Assembly: GCA_039028615.1 (NCBI GenBank) | Contig: JBCCHT010000026.1 | Span: 1 to 64,000, forward strand | Reading direction: 5' to 3' | Source: Myxococcota bacterium | GTDB taxonomy: Bacteria; Myxococcota_A; Polyangia; Nannocystales; Nannocystaceae | Length of the DNA stretch: 64,000 bases | Part shown: positions 1 through 11,405 of the stretch, one piece after another | How the letters are laid out: every line of letters starts with the position of its first letter | Position numbering within the stretch: position 1 is the stretch's first letter | The notes under the pieces: model-generated | What the model was told of the DNA's origin: nothing | The model's input: only the letters and a program-made list of their open reading frames with translations | The model's database searches: none | Program-made: the position numbers and the translations under genes

Positions 1-83
1 ACGCGGTGTAGGGGCTTCTAAGAAATTGCGCCGACGGCCCGGACCGCATCGAGGCGTTTCGGGCCTTCGTCGCGGCGGCGGGC

Positions 84-1253
84 CTAAGAACGAAGGACCG
101 TCGCCAGCGATGTCCGGGCCGCAACGATGGCGGGGAACAAACCCCCGGCCAGGCCCATGAGCGCTCCGCAGACTGCTGCCGTGATGGCGACGCTCGGAGA
201 GGGACGGAACTCGAAGACCACCTGCGACAGGCTCGAGACGTTCATCACCGAGAACTGCACGAAGCCGAGGCCGAGCGCGGCCACCGAGCCCAGCGCGCCG
301 CCCAGCAGCGTGACGGTCAAAGACTCGAGCACGAAGCCACGCAAGATGGCGCCTCGGGTGAAGCCCAGCGCGCGCAAGACTCCGATCTCGCGCCGACGGC
401 TGCCGACCGCGGCATGCATGGTGATGGAGGCGCCGAGCATGGCCCCGACCGAGGCGAGAGCGGCGATGATGATGCCCAAGGTGCCGAGGAACAGTGCGGT
501 GCCCTCGGACTGCTGGGCGTAGAACTCTCGTTCGCGCTGGAATGAGACGTTGAGTCCAGAACGCTCGGCGGCGGTTGCCTGCACTTGTTCGAGAGCTTCG
601 GGGCTCTCGAGTCGCAAACGGACCGACGAGACGACACCGGGTCGCCCGAACGCGCGGCGGATGACCTCGAGGTCACCCCAGACCTCCGACTCGAGCACCG
701 AGCCGCCGGCCTCGAATACGCCGACCACGGTGACTCGTCGCCCGCGGTCGAGCTCGAACGAGCCGCCGAGCGTCAGCCCGTCGAAGCGGCCCTCGATCGC
801 TCGACCCACCATGACCTCGTCGACGCCGGGATTGGGCGGTCGTCCTTCCGTGACTCGGACCTCGGGTCGTAGGGTGAGGGAGGCCCTGGTGGTCCCGCGC
901 AACATCATGTTGCTCCCGCCTTCGGAGCCTTCGTGGGCGAACGACTTGAGGGTGACCAGCTCTCCGGCGACCAACGGCTCGCCCGCTTCGCCCCGCGCGA
1001 CGCCGGGCAGCGAGCTGATGCGGGCCAGGTCTTCGTCGCTGATGAGGCTGCCCATCTCGTTGTCGGCCCCCCGCCGCAGGGCGACGGCACGATCGGGAGA
1101 TCCGGCCTGCCCGGAGCTGCGGCGGATGCCTTCTTGCAACATCAATGACGCAGCGAGGACGAAGACGACGAGGGCCACCCCCATCGCGGTGGCGACGGTG
1201 GTGCGCCAACGCGAGCGGAGGCTGGGCAGGTGATAGTGGCGTAGGAGTTTCAT
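84..1253 (-). CDS. ABC transporter permease (MacB/FtsX family)
   Basis: 389 aa. N-terminal TM helix, large periplasmic domain, C-terminal TM segments with RRREIGVLRALGF motif. Start overlaps the upstream stop. Confidence 0.9.
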   Translation of the reverse strand: MKLLRHYHLPSLRSRWRTTVATAMGVALVVFVLAASLMLQEGIRRSSGQAGSPDRAVALRRGADNEMGSLISDEDLARISSLPGVARGEAGEPLVAGELVTLKSFAHEGSEGGSNMMLRGTTRASLTLRPEVRVTEGRPPNPGVDEVMVGRAIEGRFDGLTLGGSFELDRGRRVTVVGVFEAGGSVLESEVWGDLEVIRRAFGRPGVVSSVRLRLESPEALEQVQATAAERSGLNVSFQREREFYAQQSEGTALFLGTLGIIIAALASVGAMLGASITMHAAVGSRRREIGVLRALGFTRGAILRGFVLESLTVTLLGGALGSVAALGLGFVQFSVMNVSSLSQVVFEFRPSPSVAITAAVCGALMGLAGGLFPAIVAARTSLATVLRS

Positions 1254-2410
1254 GTGGTCCTCCGGAGGGCTTCGCGAGCCGGGATCTTCGAGATGGACAG
1301 GGCGGGGACCAGACCGGCCGCGACGGCCGAGGCGATCGCCACTCCGGCCGAGGTCAGGTGAAGGGCGAGGGGAATGCGAAACCGGGGGAACAAGGACCCC
1401 ATCGATTCCTCGACGGCGGGGCCGATGCCTTGGTCGATGAGCAGGTAGCCACCGAGGCTACCGAGCAGGCCGCCGAGCGCCCCGAGCACCGCAGCCTCGC
1501 CGAGAATCATGAGTACGACGTGCCGGCGGCTGAACCCCAGCGCGGCAAAGACCCCATACTCGCGGACGCGCTCGCGGATGATCATCGCGAGTGCGTTGCC
1601 CAGCACCAGCATGATGATGAGGAGGAGGATGATGGAGATGACGCCCAGGGCGCTCATCACCGCCGCGAAATTGCCCAGCGAGTACTGCTGCATCCCGCGC
1701 TCGCTCATCGTCAGCGTGCGGATTCCGGCGGCGAACTGTTCGTCGATGGCAGTGGCCAGCTCGGTGCCGCGGCGCGGGTCGACGCGGCTCATCAACCACC
1801 CCACCTGCTCGCGTTGGGTCTCGTCGGCGGCGTCGTTGAGGTAGTCCCAGCGGATGAGGATCTGGCTGCGGTCGACGGCGTTGCTCGTGGACGCGTAGAG
1901 CCCCTGCACGCGGAAGGTCCACGCCCCGGGGAAGACGGTGCCCTCGAGGGTGAGCGTGTCTCCGATGCCGAGGCCGAGGTGTGACGCGATGCCTTCACCG
2001 AGGATCACGCCCTGCCGATCGGCGCGCCAGCTCTCGAGCTGCTCGGCGGGCACCTCCATGTCCGTGTAGACGTCGAAGTAGGACTCGGGGTCGATCGCCA
2101 GCACCGTGAGCTGCTCGTCGGGGCGTGCGGGGTGCTTGCCGCCGAACCACGTGGCGAAGGTGACCGCGTCGATGCCATCGATGGCCCGGATGGCCTGGGC
2201 ATGTCGTGCGGGCAAGGGCTGGGCGTAGGAGACCTCGTTCCAGGTCGCGAGGCGATCCTGAGGACCTTCGGAGGTGTTGGCGGTGAGTGACCACAGCGTG
2301 GTTCGAAGCAGCAGCAGGGTGACGATCGCAAAGGTGACGGCGATCGCGGTGAAGGCCAGCCGGGCCCGGTGACGCGTGAGGTTGCGGAGCACCAAGGTCA
2401 GGGAGGTCAT
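1250..2410 (-). CDS. ABC transporter permease (MacB/FtsX family)
   Basis: LRNLTRHRAR N-terminus, ERVREYGVFAALGF motif, TM segments. Start placed at ATG 2410 (ATGA overlap with the ATPase stop) rather than the ORF-track 2449. Confidence 0.88.
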   Translation of the reverse strand: MTSLTLVLRNLTRHRARLAFTAIAVTFAIVTLLLLRTTLWSLTANTSEGPQDRLATWNEVSYAQPLPARHAQAIRAIDGIDAVTFATWFGGKHPARPDEQLTVLAIDPESYFDVYTDMEVPAEQLESWRADRQGVILGEGIASHLGLGIGDTLTLEGTVFPGAWTFRVQGLYASTSNAVDRSQILIRWDYLNDAADETQREQVGWLMSRVDPRRGTELATAIDEQFAAGIRTLTMSERGMQQYSLGNFAAVMSALGVISIILLLIIMLVLGNALAMIIRERVREYGVFAALGFSRRHVVLMILGEAAVLGALGGLLGSLGGYLLIDQGIGPAVEESMGSLFPRFRIPLALHLTSAGVAIASAVAAGLVPALSISKIPAREALRRTT

Positions 2411-3102
2411 GCGAGGACCCCCTTGTCGAGCCGGCGAGTGCGTTTGCACCGTTCCGCGGCCTCGGGGTCGTGCGTGACCATGACGATCGTCTTGCCGAAC
2501 TCGGAGTTGAGCGTGCTCAGCAGGGTCATGATGTGGTCCGCGCTCTTGCGGTCGAGGTCACCCGTGGGCTCGTCCGCCACGATGAGGCGCGGGTCGGTGA
2601 CGAGCGCCCGCGCGATGGCGACGCGCTGCTCCTGGCCGCCGGAGAGCTGTCGCGGCAAGTGATCGGCACGCTCCGAGAGGCCGACGACCTCGAGCGCGGT
2701 ATGGGCTCGCGTGGCTCGCTCTTTGGTCGAGAGGCGAGTCGTGAGCAGCGGGACCTGGACGTTCTCGAGCGCAGTGAGGACGGGAATGAGGTTGAAGGAC
2801 TGAAAAACGAAGCCGACGCTGCGGGCCCGCCAGCGCGACAGCGATGCGTCGCTCAAGGTCGTCAGCTCTTGCCCTTCGACCTGGACTTCACCACTGCTCG
2901 GGCGATCGAGGCCGGCGATGATGTTGAGCAACGTGGTCTTGCCCGAACCCGAAGGACCCATGAGCGCCTCGAATGCGCCGTCCTCGATGTCGAGGTCGAT
3001 GCCGGAGAGGATCTCGAGATCGGGGCCGGAATGTCGCGGGTAGCCCTTGGTCACGGACCGAATACGGATCATGGGATTGGCTCGTTGTGATTCAGAGGAC
3101 AT
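2407..3102 (-). CDS. ABC transporter ATP-binding protein (LolD/MacB-like)
   Basis: Walker A GPSGSGKTT, Q-loop GFVFQSFNL, signature LSGGQEQR, Walker B IVADEPTGDLD, H-loop VTHD. Confidence 0.95.
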   Translation of the reverse strand: MSSESQRANPMIRIRSVTKGYPRHSGPDLEILSGIDLDIEDGAFEALMGPSGSGKTTLLNIIAGLDRPSSGEVQVEGQELTTLSDASLSRWRARSVGFVFQSFNLIPVLTALENVQVPLLTTRLSTKERATRAHTALEVVGLSERADHLPRQLSGGQEQRVAIARALVTDPRLIVADEPTGDLDRKSADHIMTLLSTLNSEFGKTIVMVTHDPEAAERCKRTRRLDKGVLA

Positions 3103-3106
3103 TGGC

Positions 3107-4342
3107 TCACTCGTTTCGCAGCTGGAACTGCTGCCCGTCTTCCAGGTCGGGCGGTACTACGTCGATGATTGGGGTGCCGGGTGCGGGGCCGTCGAGAAGC
3201 TCGATGCCGTTCGCTCCGGACGAACCAACCCGGACGGTCGTGGCACGAACTCTGTCGCCATCGACGACGAACACGACAGATCGCCCACCTCGCTCGGCGA
3301 CGGCGGCGGCAGGGACGACGGGCGGTCGCGGTGTATCGGCTCGAGGTGCGGGCAAGATGTCGATGCGGGCAGCCATGCCGGGACGCACGTCGCCGTCGGG
3401 AGCCACCAGCTCGATCTCGGCCTCGAGGGCGGCGCGAACTCGGTCGACCCCGGTCGCCAGCGCGTGCACGCGTCCGGTGTAGCGACGGTCGGGATAGGCG
3501 GTGAGCGTGACTTCACAGGGAGCTCCGACCTGGACCGTGCTCAGCTGGGTCTCGGGCAGATCGGCGTGGACTCGAAGCTGCTGCAGATCGACCAACTTCA
3601 CCACCGGTTGCGACAGGGGCCCTCCCACCAGCTCCCCGGGGGCGGTGGGCTCCTCGGCGACCGTGCCCGCGATCGGAGCGCGCACGGTCAGGCGGCCTCG
3701 GGCCTGGCGCTGGAACTCGGTGTCGGCTCGAGCCGCGGCCAGCTCGGCGCGTGCCGTCGCCAGCTCGGCGCGTAGCCGTTCCGCCGTTGCCTCTTCTTCG
3801 CGGGCTCGATCGGCGGGGTTGGTGCCCTGAGCGACGAGCCGTGCCTCGACCTTCGCACGGTGCTCGGCCTGACGAAGTTCGGTACGTCGCGCTGCCGCCC
3901 GCATCTGGGCCACGCGCTCTCTGGCTTCGGCCCGGGCCAACGCGCCGTCGTGCTCGATCGAGTCGAGCCGGAACAGGACATCACCCGGCTCGACTCGGTC
4001 GCCGCGGTGCACGACCCGCTCCGCCAAGGTCCCGGCGATGGGGCTGCCCACGTCCGAGGTCACGGGGGCCGTCACGTAGCCGGTGACGGTGAGCTCGACG
4101 GCTGTCGGGTCATTCGAAACGGACGCGATGCGAACGGATCCCAGCACGGGGAGGTCGGAGCCGCCCATGATGCTCGGCATCGACGAGAGCAGCCCGGCGA
4201 TGCCCGCGATGACGACGAGCACCGCGGCCACCACCACCGGGCGACTCGAGCTGGAGCGGGCCGGGGGCTCGGGCTCCAACCTCAGCGACGCGAGTTGCTG
4301 CTGCAGCTGCGACGTGGCCTCGGTGGTGGCGGGGCTCTTCAT
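3107..4342 (-). CDS. Efflux periplasmic adaptor (MacA/HlyD-like membrane fusion protein)
   Basis: N-terminal TM anchor, lipoyl-like halves (GDRVEPGDVLFRLD; VRAPIAGTV), helical hairpin, RPGMAARI. Start at ATG 4342 (ATGA overlap with the cupin stop). Confidence 0.88.
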   Translation of the reverse strand: MKSPATTEATSQLQQQLASLRLEPEPPARSSSSRPVVVAAVLVVIAGIAGLLSSMPSIMGGSDLPVLGSVRIASVSNDPTAVELTVTGYVTAPVTSDVGSPIAGTLAERVVHRGDRVEPGDVLFRLDSIEHDGALARAEARERVAQMRAAARRTELRQAEHRAKVEARLVAQGTNPADRAREEEATAERLRAELATARAELAAARADTEFQRQARGRLTVRAPIAGTVAEEPTAPGELVGGPLSQPVVKLVDLQQLRVHADLPETQLSTVQVGAPCEVTLTAYPDRRYTGRVHALATGVDRVRAALEAEIELVAPDGDVRPGMAARIDILPAPRADTPRPPVVPAAAVAERGGRSVVFVVDGDRVRATTVRVGSSGANGIELLDGPAPGTPIIDVVPPDLEDGQQFQLRNE

Positions 4343-4734
4343 GGCTCGAGGTGCTCGGGGCGGTCCACGGTCCGCTCGGTTCGCACGTTGCCCGTATTGA
4401 TGGTCCCGGCGGGTTCGAAGAGCAGCACGTAGGCGTCCGACTCCGCCCACGGCCGATGCTCTACGCCGCGTGGGATCGTGGCGAGCTGGCCCTTCGACAA
4501 CGTGATTCGCCTGGACCCCGAGTCCTCGCGGAGGTCGATGTGAACGACGCCCTCGACGACGAGGAACAGCTCGTCTTGCGCGGCGTGGTGGTGCCAGTCG
4601 AACTCGCCGCGGAACAGCGCGAGCTTGACATGCTGGCCGTTGAGCTCAGCGACGATCCCGGGGGTCCATGGCCGGGACAGGCGTCGGGCCTGCTGCGCCA
4701 GGTCGGTGACGGTGACGGTCGGTGTGTGGACCAT
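4339..4734 (-). CDS. Cupin-domain protein
   Basis: 131 aa with cupin motifs WHHHAAQDELFLVVEG and IPRGVEHRP. Confidence 0.85.
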   Translation of the reverse strand: MVHTPTVTVTDLAQQARRLSRPWTPGIVAELNGQHVKLALFRGEFDWHHHAAQDELFLVVEGVVHIDLREDSGSRRITLSKGQLATIPRGVEHRPWAESDAYVLLFEPAGTINTGNVRTERTVDRPEHLEP

Positions 4735-4740
4735 GGCAGA

Positions 4741-7053
4741 TCAACTTCGCCAGGTGTGGACCCTCCGCTGAAGGACGGAGGCGGCACCGTCCATGATCAG
4801 CTCGGCGAGTTCGTCGACATGGCGCGAGCGCCAGTCTCGGCGGTCGGTGCCTCGCAGCAGCGCATTGAGCGAGCCCATGGCGGGGCCGCAGTGGATCTGA
4901 AAGTTGGAGCGCTCCTCCAGGTTCCCGGCCAGAGCACTGCGGATCGAGTGGACGAAGTAGGGCACGAACACCCGCACCATCTTGTGGCGCGGCACTCGGA
5001 GCGCGCGCTCGATCTCGTCGTGGCGGCCTCGTTGCTCGAGGTATTGCCGAGTCTCCTGCCAGACCTGATCCAGGCTGCGACGGAAGTAGTGACGCTCGAG
5101 GCTGGCTCGAGTGCCCGAGTCGATCGCGTCGAGCGACTCGAGGCTCTGGTAGAGGCGGTACAGCTTGTTGGCGCGCGCAGGGAAGAGCGTGCCCTTGCCG
5201 CGTACGACCTGGACCTTGGCCCCGAGCTCGAACATGTCGCCGGCCGGGGCGTAGGCGACATCGCCGACCTCCACCGTGGCGAGGATGTCCTTGACCGCGT
5301 CGGAGGTGTCGGCTTCGACCGTGCACTGGTTGATGGAACCGGTGACGATGAAGTCGGCTCCGAGGGCGAACGCGGCGGCGGCGGCTTCCGGGGTCCCCAA
5401 GCCTCCCGCCGCGCCTACCCGAATCGGCTCGGGGAAGCGATGCTCGCCCCCGGCGGCGTCGCGTAGGCGCGAGATGATCGGCAAGGTCGCGGTCGACGTG
5501 GCCCCGTCCGTGTGACCGCCCGAGTCTGCCTCGACGCAGATGTCCTGGGCGATGGGCAGACGGCGTGCGACCTCGGCTTCTTCGGCGCTCAGCTGGCCGC
5601 TCGCGACCAGCGGCCGGAGAATGCGGTCGGGCGCGGGGGCCATGAATAGGCGCGCGACTTCAGGGCGAGAGACCTTCGCGATCACGCGACGCGTCGTGAC
5701 GGCTTGCCCGTGTTCCATGCGACTGCCGGAGAAGCGGAACCGCACGATCGCCGGCGTTATGCGCATGAACGCCGAGGCTTCGACCAGATCGACCCCACGC
5801 TCGAGGTACAGCGATGTCAGGGCCTCCTCGCGATCGGGTTCGTCGGGCGTGTGCAGAAAGTTGGCGCCCCAAACAGCGCCTTCGGGCACGGCCGCGCAGA
5901 TCTGGTCGAGGGCCGAAGCGACCTCGGGCAGCGGCATGCCACCCGTGCCCAGGAAGCTCATCAAGCCCGCTCGTGCCATGCGGATCACGAGGCGGGCAGA
6001 CGCGATGCCGCGAAACATCGCCCCGGACGCGTAGGCGAGCCGGACCCCATGTGCGCGTCGAAACTGGCTGCTACCCAGGGCGCGAGGGGAGACGGAAGCT
6101 GGTGCGGACTGCAGAGCTGAGGGGGAGGCTTGCCTCGGGGCAGGAGCGGGGGCAGCAGGAGTGGGGGGCGGCGACACTCGAGGCGGAGCCTTGGGCACGG
6201 GTCGAGGCGCCTTGGCGGCTTCGGCCCACAGCGACTTCAGCACCCGGCCGGGCCCGAGCTCCTGAATGTCAGTGACGCCGCGTTCGCGGAGCCCATGCAT
6301 CAGCTCGAACCACCGCACGGGTTCCCGCAGCTGTCGGGTGAGCAGCTCGCCGAGCCCATCCGCAGTCACGGGCTGGGCCGTGGTGCCGGAGAGCACCGGG
6401 CGGCGAGGTTCCGCGAAGCGGGTTGCGGTGAGGTCGGCCGCGAACGCGTCGGCGGATGGTTGCATGTAGCGGGAATGAAATGCAGCGCTGACCGCCAGCG
6501 GCACGCAACGAACTCCGTCGATCTCACTCAGCTTCGGGGCCAGCGCCTTCAGCGAGTCGTTGGGGCCCGCGACGATGATCTGCTGATGACCGTTGTGGTT
6601 GGCGATGTCGATGTCATCCGCGTTCAGCCGCTCGAGGTGTGGCTTCAGCTTCTCCATGGGGATGCCGATGATCGCCAGCATGCCTCCATTGCGGGCTTGG
6701 CCCATCAGCTCCCCGCGGCGTTTGATCAGGCGCAGCCCGGTGGGGAAGTCGATGCACCCGGCGGCCAGCAGGGCGTTGTACTCACCCAGGCTGTGGCCGG
6801 CGAAGAAGTCGGGCAGCCCCTCGCGTTTCGCCACCTCCCACCAGGTCATCGCGTTGACGACGAACAGCGCGGGCTGGGTGTACTGCGTCTGGCCGAGCTT
6901 TCGCTCGGGATCTTCGAGACAGAGTCGCTCGATGGAGTAGCCGAGAATCTCGTCGGCGAGGGCAGTCTGCTCTCGGTAGCGGGCGAACAGCTCCGCTCCC
7001 ATGCCCTTGCGCTGGGACCCCTGGCCGGGAAACAACACTGCACGACGGCCCAT
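4741..7053 (-). CDS. Trans-acting malonyl acyltransferase fused to a PfaD-type enoyl reductase/oxidoreductase (LnmG/PksE-like AT-ER)
   Basis: FPGQGSQ, QYTQPAL, active-site GHSLG, SAAFHS (malonyl type). C-terminal PfaD-like domain with GAMFRGIAS, AKVSRPEVA, EADSGGHTD, APAGDMFELG. Start at ATG 7053. Confidence 0.93.
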   Translation of the reverse strand: MGRRAVLFPGQGSQRKGMGAELFARYREQTALADEILGYSIERLCLEDPERKLGQTQYTQPALFVVNAMTWWEVAKREGLPDFFAGHSLGEYNALLAAGCIDFPTGLRLIKRRGELMGQARNGGMLAIIGIPMEKLKPHLERLNADDIDIANHNGHQQIIVAGPNDSLKALAPKLSEIDGVRCVPLAVSAAFHSRYMQPSADAFAADLTATRFAEPRRPVLSGTTAQPVTADGLGELLTRQLREPVRWFELMHGLRERGVTDIQELGPGRVLKSLWAEAAKAPRPVPKAPPRVSPPPTPAAPAPAPRQASPSALQSAPASVSPRALGSSQFRRAHGVRLAYASGAMFRGIASARLVIRMARAGLMSFLGTGGMPLPEVASALDQICAAVPEGAVWGANFLHTPDEPDREEALTSLYLERGVDLVEASAFMRITPAIVRFRFSGSRMEHGQAVTTRRVIAKVSRPEVARLFMAPAPDRILRPLVASGQLSAEEAEVARRLPIAQDICVEADSGGHTDGATSTATLPIISRLRDAAGGEHRFPEPIRVGAAGGLGTPEAAAAAFALGADFIVTGSINQCTVEADTSDAVKDILATVEVGDVAYAPAGDMFELGAKVQVVRGKGTLFPARANKLYRLYQSLESLDAIDSGTRASLERHYFRRSLDQVWQETRQYLEQRGRHDEIERALRVPRHKMVRVFVPYFVHSIRSALAGNLEERSNFQIHCGPAMGSLNALLRGTDRRDWRSRHVDELAELIMDGAASVLQRRVHTWRS

Positions 7054-7055
7054 GA

Positions 7056-7826
7056 TCAAGACTCCCAGGGGAAACGGCGGTCGCGAGCGAACGCCTCGAT
7101 GTTTTGTTGCACTCGAGGTGAAGCCATCAGTCGATCGAGCTCCTCCAACGCGACGTTCTCCACTTCGGGCGTGATCTCCCAGAGTCGATGGAAGTAGCGC
7201 TTGAGGTCTCCGACGGTGGCCGGCTCGACTCGGCGCAGTCGCATGGCCAGCCGTCGCAGGGCGGGCTCGAGGTCGTCCACGCGTTCGTCGACGAGGCGAT
7301 GCCGCACCGCGTCGTCGACTCCCATGGAGCTGGTGCTCAGCGTCAGCGAGTAGGCGGACTGAAAGCCCACGCGGCGGATGAGGAAGGGGAGCACACAGCA
7401 GGGGAGCAAGCCCCACAGTGCTTCGGGGAGGCTGAAGCGACCCGCGTTCGTGGACAACACCAAGTCGCTCGCGGCGACGAGGCCGAGCCCCCCCGCGACC
7501 GCTCGCCCGTCGACCGCCGCGACGACCACCCGAGGGATGGTGGTCAAGCGGCGGAGCAGCGAGAAGTACTCACGACCGGCTCCGGCGGCGGGCGGCCCGC
7601 TACGGTTGGCCTGGGCGGTGGCGCCGAAGTCGAGGCCCGTGCAGAACGAGCCGGGGCGACCCTCGAGCACGACGGCGCGACAGGACGAGGTGCACTCGGC
7701 GAGTTCGAGCGCGTCGTGAAGTCGTCGCACCAAGGCGGTGTCGATGGCGTTGTCGGCTTCCGGGCGATCGATTGCGATGCGCAGGAAGGGGCCGTCTTGG
7801 CGGGTCTGGACGGAGTCCGTGGGCAC
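7056..7826 (-). CDS. Enoyl-CoA hydratase, beta-branching dehydratase (ECH1; LnmF/PksH-like)
   Basis: Crotonase motifs FCTGLDF, DGRAVAGGLG, FSLPEALWGLLP; C-terminal FPWE as in PksH-type proteins. Confidence 0.88.
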   Translation of the reverse strand: MPTDSVQTRQDGPFLRIAIDRPEADNAIDTALVRRLHDALELAECTSSCRAVVLEGRPGSFCTGLDFGATAQANRSGPPAAGAGREYFSLLRRLTTIPRVVVAAVDGRAVAGGLGLVAASDLVLSTNAGRFSLPEALWGLLPCCVLPFLIRRVGFQSAYSLTLSTSSMGVDDAVRHRLVDERVDDLEPALRRLAMRLRRVEPATVGDLKRYFHRLWEITPEVENVALEELDRLMASPRVQQNIEAFARDRRFPWES

Positions 7827-7830
7827 GATC

Positions 7831-9063
<1,233 letters not shown>

Positions 9064-9090
9064 GACGAACTCCAACCAGGGGGGCTGGGA

Positions 9091-9336
9091 TCAGGCCTCC
9101 GGGTAGATCGGCTCTCCGCCGTCGGCCGACTCGATCCGGATCGCCTCGGTAGGGCAGGATCGGGCCGCGGCGATGGCATCGTCATCGGCATCGATGAGCT
9201 CGGTGAGCGCCCGAGATCGGGCTTCGTCGTCGAGTTCGAAGTGATCGGGACAAAGGGCGAGGCATGCACCCGCGCCGATGCAGCGGTCGCGCTCGATGAT
9301 CAGACGCCATCGGGGATTGTCGAGGTCCTTGGCCAT
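9091..9336 (-). CDS. Ferredoxin (P450 partner)
   Basis: CIGAGAC...CP...CPTEAI pattern; lies directly downstream of the P450 gene. Confidence 0.88.
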   Translation of the reverse strand: MAKDLDNPRWRLIIERDRCIGAGACLALCPDHFELDDEARSRALTELIDADDDAIAAARSCPTEAIRIESADGGEPIYPEA

Positions 9337-9358
9337 TTTGATCTCTCCAGGGAGGGGG

Positions 9359-10579
9359 CTACGAGGAGGTCGTCCAGCGCACGGGGAGCGCGTTGACGCC
9401 GTAGACGAAGGTGTCGTTCCGAAAGGGCAGCTCGTCGAAGTCCATGGCGAGGGTCAGCCCGGGGAGTCGGCGCAGCATGGTGTTCCACAGCACGGACAGC
9501 TCCATGCGGGCGAGCTGCTGGCCGATGCACGCGTGCAGGCCGAAGCCGAAGGCCAGGTGGTGCGGTGCCTTGCGCATGAGGTTGACCGTGTCGGGGTTGT
9601 CGAACTTGGTCTCGTCCCGATTGGCCGAGTCGAGCACGACGATCACACCATCGCCTTCCTTGATCTCGACATCGCCGATACGAGTGTCGCGGGTACAGGC
9701 GCGGCGCAGGCCGAAGGCGATGACGGTCTGGAACCGCAGCAGCTCTTCGATCGCGCCGTTCATCATCGAGGGGTCTCGACGCAGCGCTTCCATCTGCTCC
9801 GGGTATCGGAGCAAGGTTGCGGTGCCCAAGCCGATCATGTTGGCGAGGGTCTCGTAGCCGGCGATGAGCAGCAGGGTGGCGATCCCTGCGGCCTCCTCCC
9901 GCGTGATGTCTCCGTGTTCCTTGCTCCGCTGGAGCAGGCGGCTGACCAGATCGTCAGCCGGATCCCGGTCCCGCAGGTCGACCAAGTGGGCGATGTAGTC
10001 CTCGAGCTCGCTGCGCACCTCCTGGTGTCGCTCGCGGGTCTTGTTACGCTGGCCGATGACCTGGACCCTGGCGTGGAAGAACTCGCGATCCTCGAATGGC
10101 ACCCCGAGCAGCTCGCTGATGACCATGGTGGGCATCGGCAGCGCGACGGACTGAATCAGGTCCGTGGGGGGGCCGGCCTCGAGGATCCCATCGATGATCT
10201 GGTCGACGACGCGCTGGACCAGCGGACGCAGCTTCTCGATGCGGTCGGCCTTGAACTCCACCGAGAGCGCATTGCGAAGGCGGGTGTGGTCTGGTGGATC
10301 GAGCCGGATGAACGTGCCGGGCGGGGGCGCGTCGGGTGTCATCCGATGGGGAAAGCCCGGGCGGGCGAAGTCGGAGCTGAAGGTGCGAGGATCGGCGAGC
10401 ACCTGGCAGGCCTCGCGGTGCCGCGTGACTAGCCAGACTTCCTGACCGTCGTAGGCGAGCGAGACGCGGGCGACCGGTCGTTCTCTGCGCAGCTCGGCGT
10501 ACTGCGGCGGCAGCAACATCGGGGTGTTGCGGCGCATGGGGAAGGTCCCGCGCGCAGATCGGTTCGGCGAGTTTTCCAC
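9359..10579 (-). CDS. Cytochrome P450 (LnmA-like tailoring oxidase)
   Basis: LDPPDHTRLR, I-helix LIAGYET, ExxR (EELLR), heme motif HLAFGFGLHACIG. Confidence 0.95.
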   Translation of the reverse strand: MENSPNRSARGTFPMRRNTPMLLPPQYAELRRERPVARVSLAYDGQEVWLVTRHREACQVLADPRTFSSDFARPGFPHRMTPDAPPPGTFIRLDPPDHTRLRNALSVEFKADRIEKLRPLVQRVVDQIIDGILEAGPPTDLIQSVALPMPTMVISELLGVPFEDREFFHARVQVIGQRNKTRERHQEVRSELEDYIAHLVDLRDRDPADDLVSRLLQRSKEHGDITREEAAGIATLLLIAGYETLANMIGLGTATLLRYPEQMEALRRDPSMMNGAIEELLRFQTVIAFGLRRACTRDTRIGDVEIKEGDGVIVVLDSANRDETKFDNPDTVNLMRKAPHHLAFGFGLHACIGQQLARMELSVLWNTMLRRLPGLTLAMDFDELPFRNDTFVYGVNALPVRWTTSS

Positions 10580-10640
10580 TCGCGGAGCGTCGCAGAGCGA
10601 GGGGCGGCGCGACTGCTCAATGATGAGCGCGGCACGTCGA

Positions 10641-11405
10641 TCAGCGCAGGCCGAGCGAAGCCGAGACCCCGCCGTCGACGCGCAAGCAGACGCCGTTGAC
10701 GTAGGCCGCCTGGGGCGAGAGTAGAAACGAGACGACGGCGGCCACGTCTTCGGGCGTGCCCAGTCGGCGCGCGGGGATGCGAGTCTCGATGCGATCCCTG
10801 AGGTTCTCGTATCCCGCCGTGAGTCCGGTATCGATGAAGCCGGGGAGCACGCAGTTGATTGTGATCGAGCGGCGAGACAGCTCGTCGACCACCGAGCGCA
10901 TGAACGACTCGAGCGCGCCCTTGGTCGCGGAGTACACCGCGTTGCCGCGGTTTCCCAGCTGGGAGGAGATCGAACTCATGAACACCAGCCGGCCGCGTCG
11001 CGCTCGGCTCATCGGGCGGCCGAGTCGAGCGACCATCTGCATGGTCGAGAACAGGTTCACGCGAAAGGTGGAGGTGATCTGGTCGAGGTCGAGCTGCGAG
11101 GTCAGGGCGTCGGCCGTCACTGCGGCGTTGCACACGACCCCGTAGGGCGGGCCGTGGCGCTGAAGAACGTGGTCGACCAGCGCATCGACTTGGCGCGCGT
11201 CCCCCAGGTCGCAGGGGTAGTGGGATGCGCGTCCGCCCGCTGCGACGAGTTCCCGTCTCACCGCGTCTCCGGCTCGTGCATCGCGGCTCGCGATGATCAG
11301 CTCGTAGCCCTGCGTCGCGAGTCGTTGCGCGGTGGCTCGACCGATGCCACGCGTACCACCCGTGAGCAAGACGGGACCGGAGGCGGAAGAAGTAGGGGGG
11401 GTCAT
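10641..11405 (-). CDS. SDR family oxidoreductase (FabG-like ketoreductase)
   Basis: TGGTRGIG, CNAA, catalytic YSATK, PGFIDT, VDGG. Start at ATG 11405 overlaps the upstream stop (ATGA). Confidence 0.9.
   Translation of the reverse strand: MTPPTSSASGPVLLTGGTRGIGRATAQRLATQGYELIIASRDARAGDAVRRELVAAGGRASHYPCDLGDARQVDALVDHVLQRHGPPYGVVCNAAVTADALTSQLDLDQITSTFRVNLFSTMQMVARLGRPMSRARRGRLVFMSSISSQLGNRGNAVYSATKGALESFMRSVVDELSRRSITINCVLPGFIDTGLTAGYENLRDRIETRIPARRLGTPEDVAAVVSFLLSPQAAYVNGVCLRVDGGVSASLGLR

Noticed and set aside
33..72. Imperfect GC hairpin downstream of the ABC permease stop
   Set aside because: Weak stem, long loop and no clear U-tract, so not enough to call a terminator.
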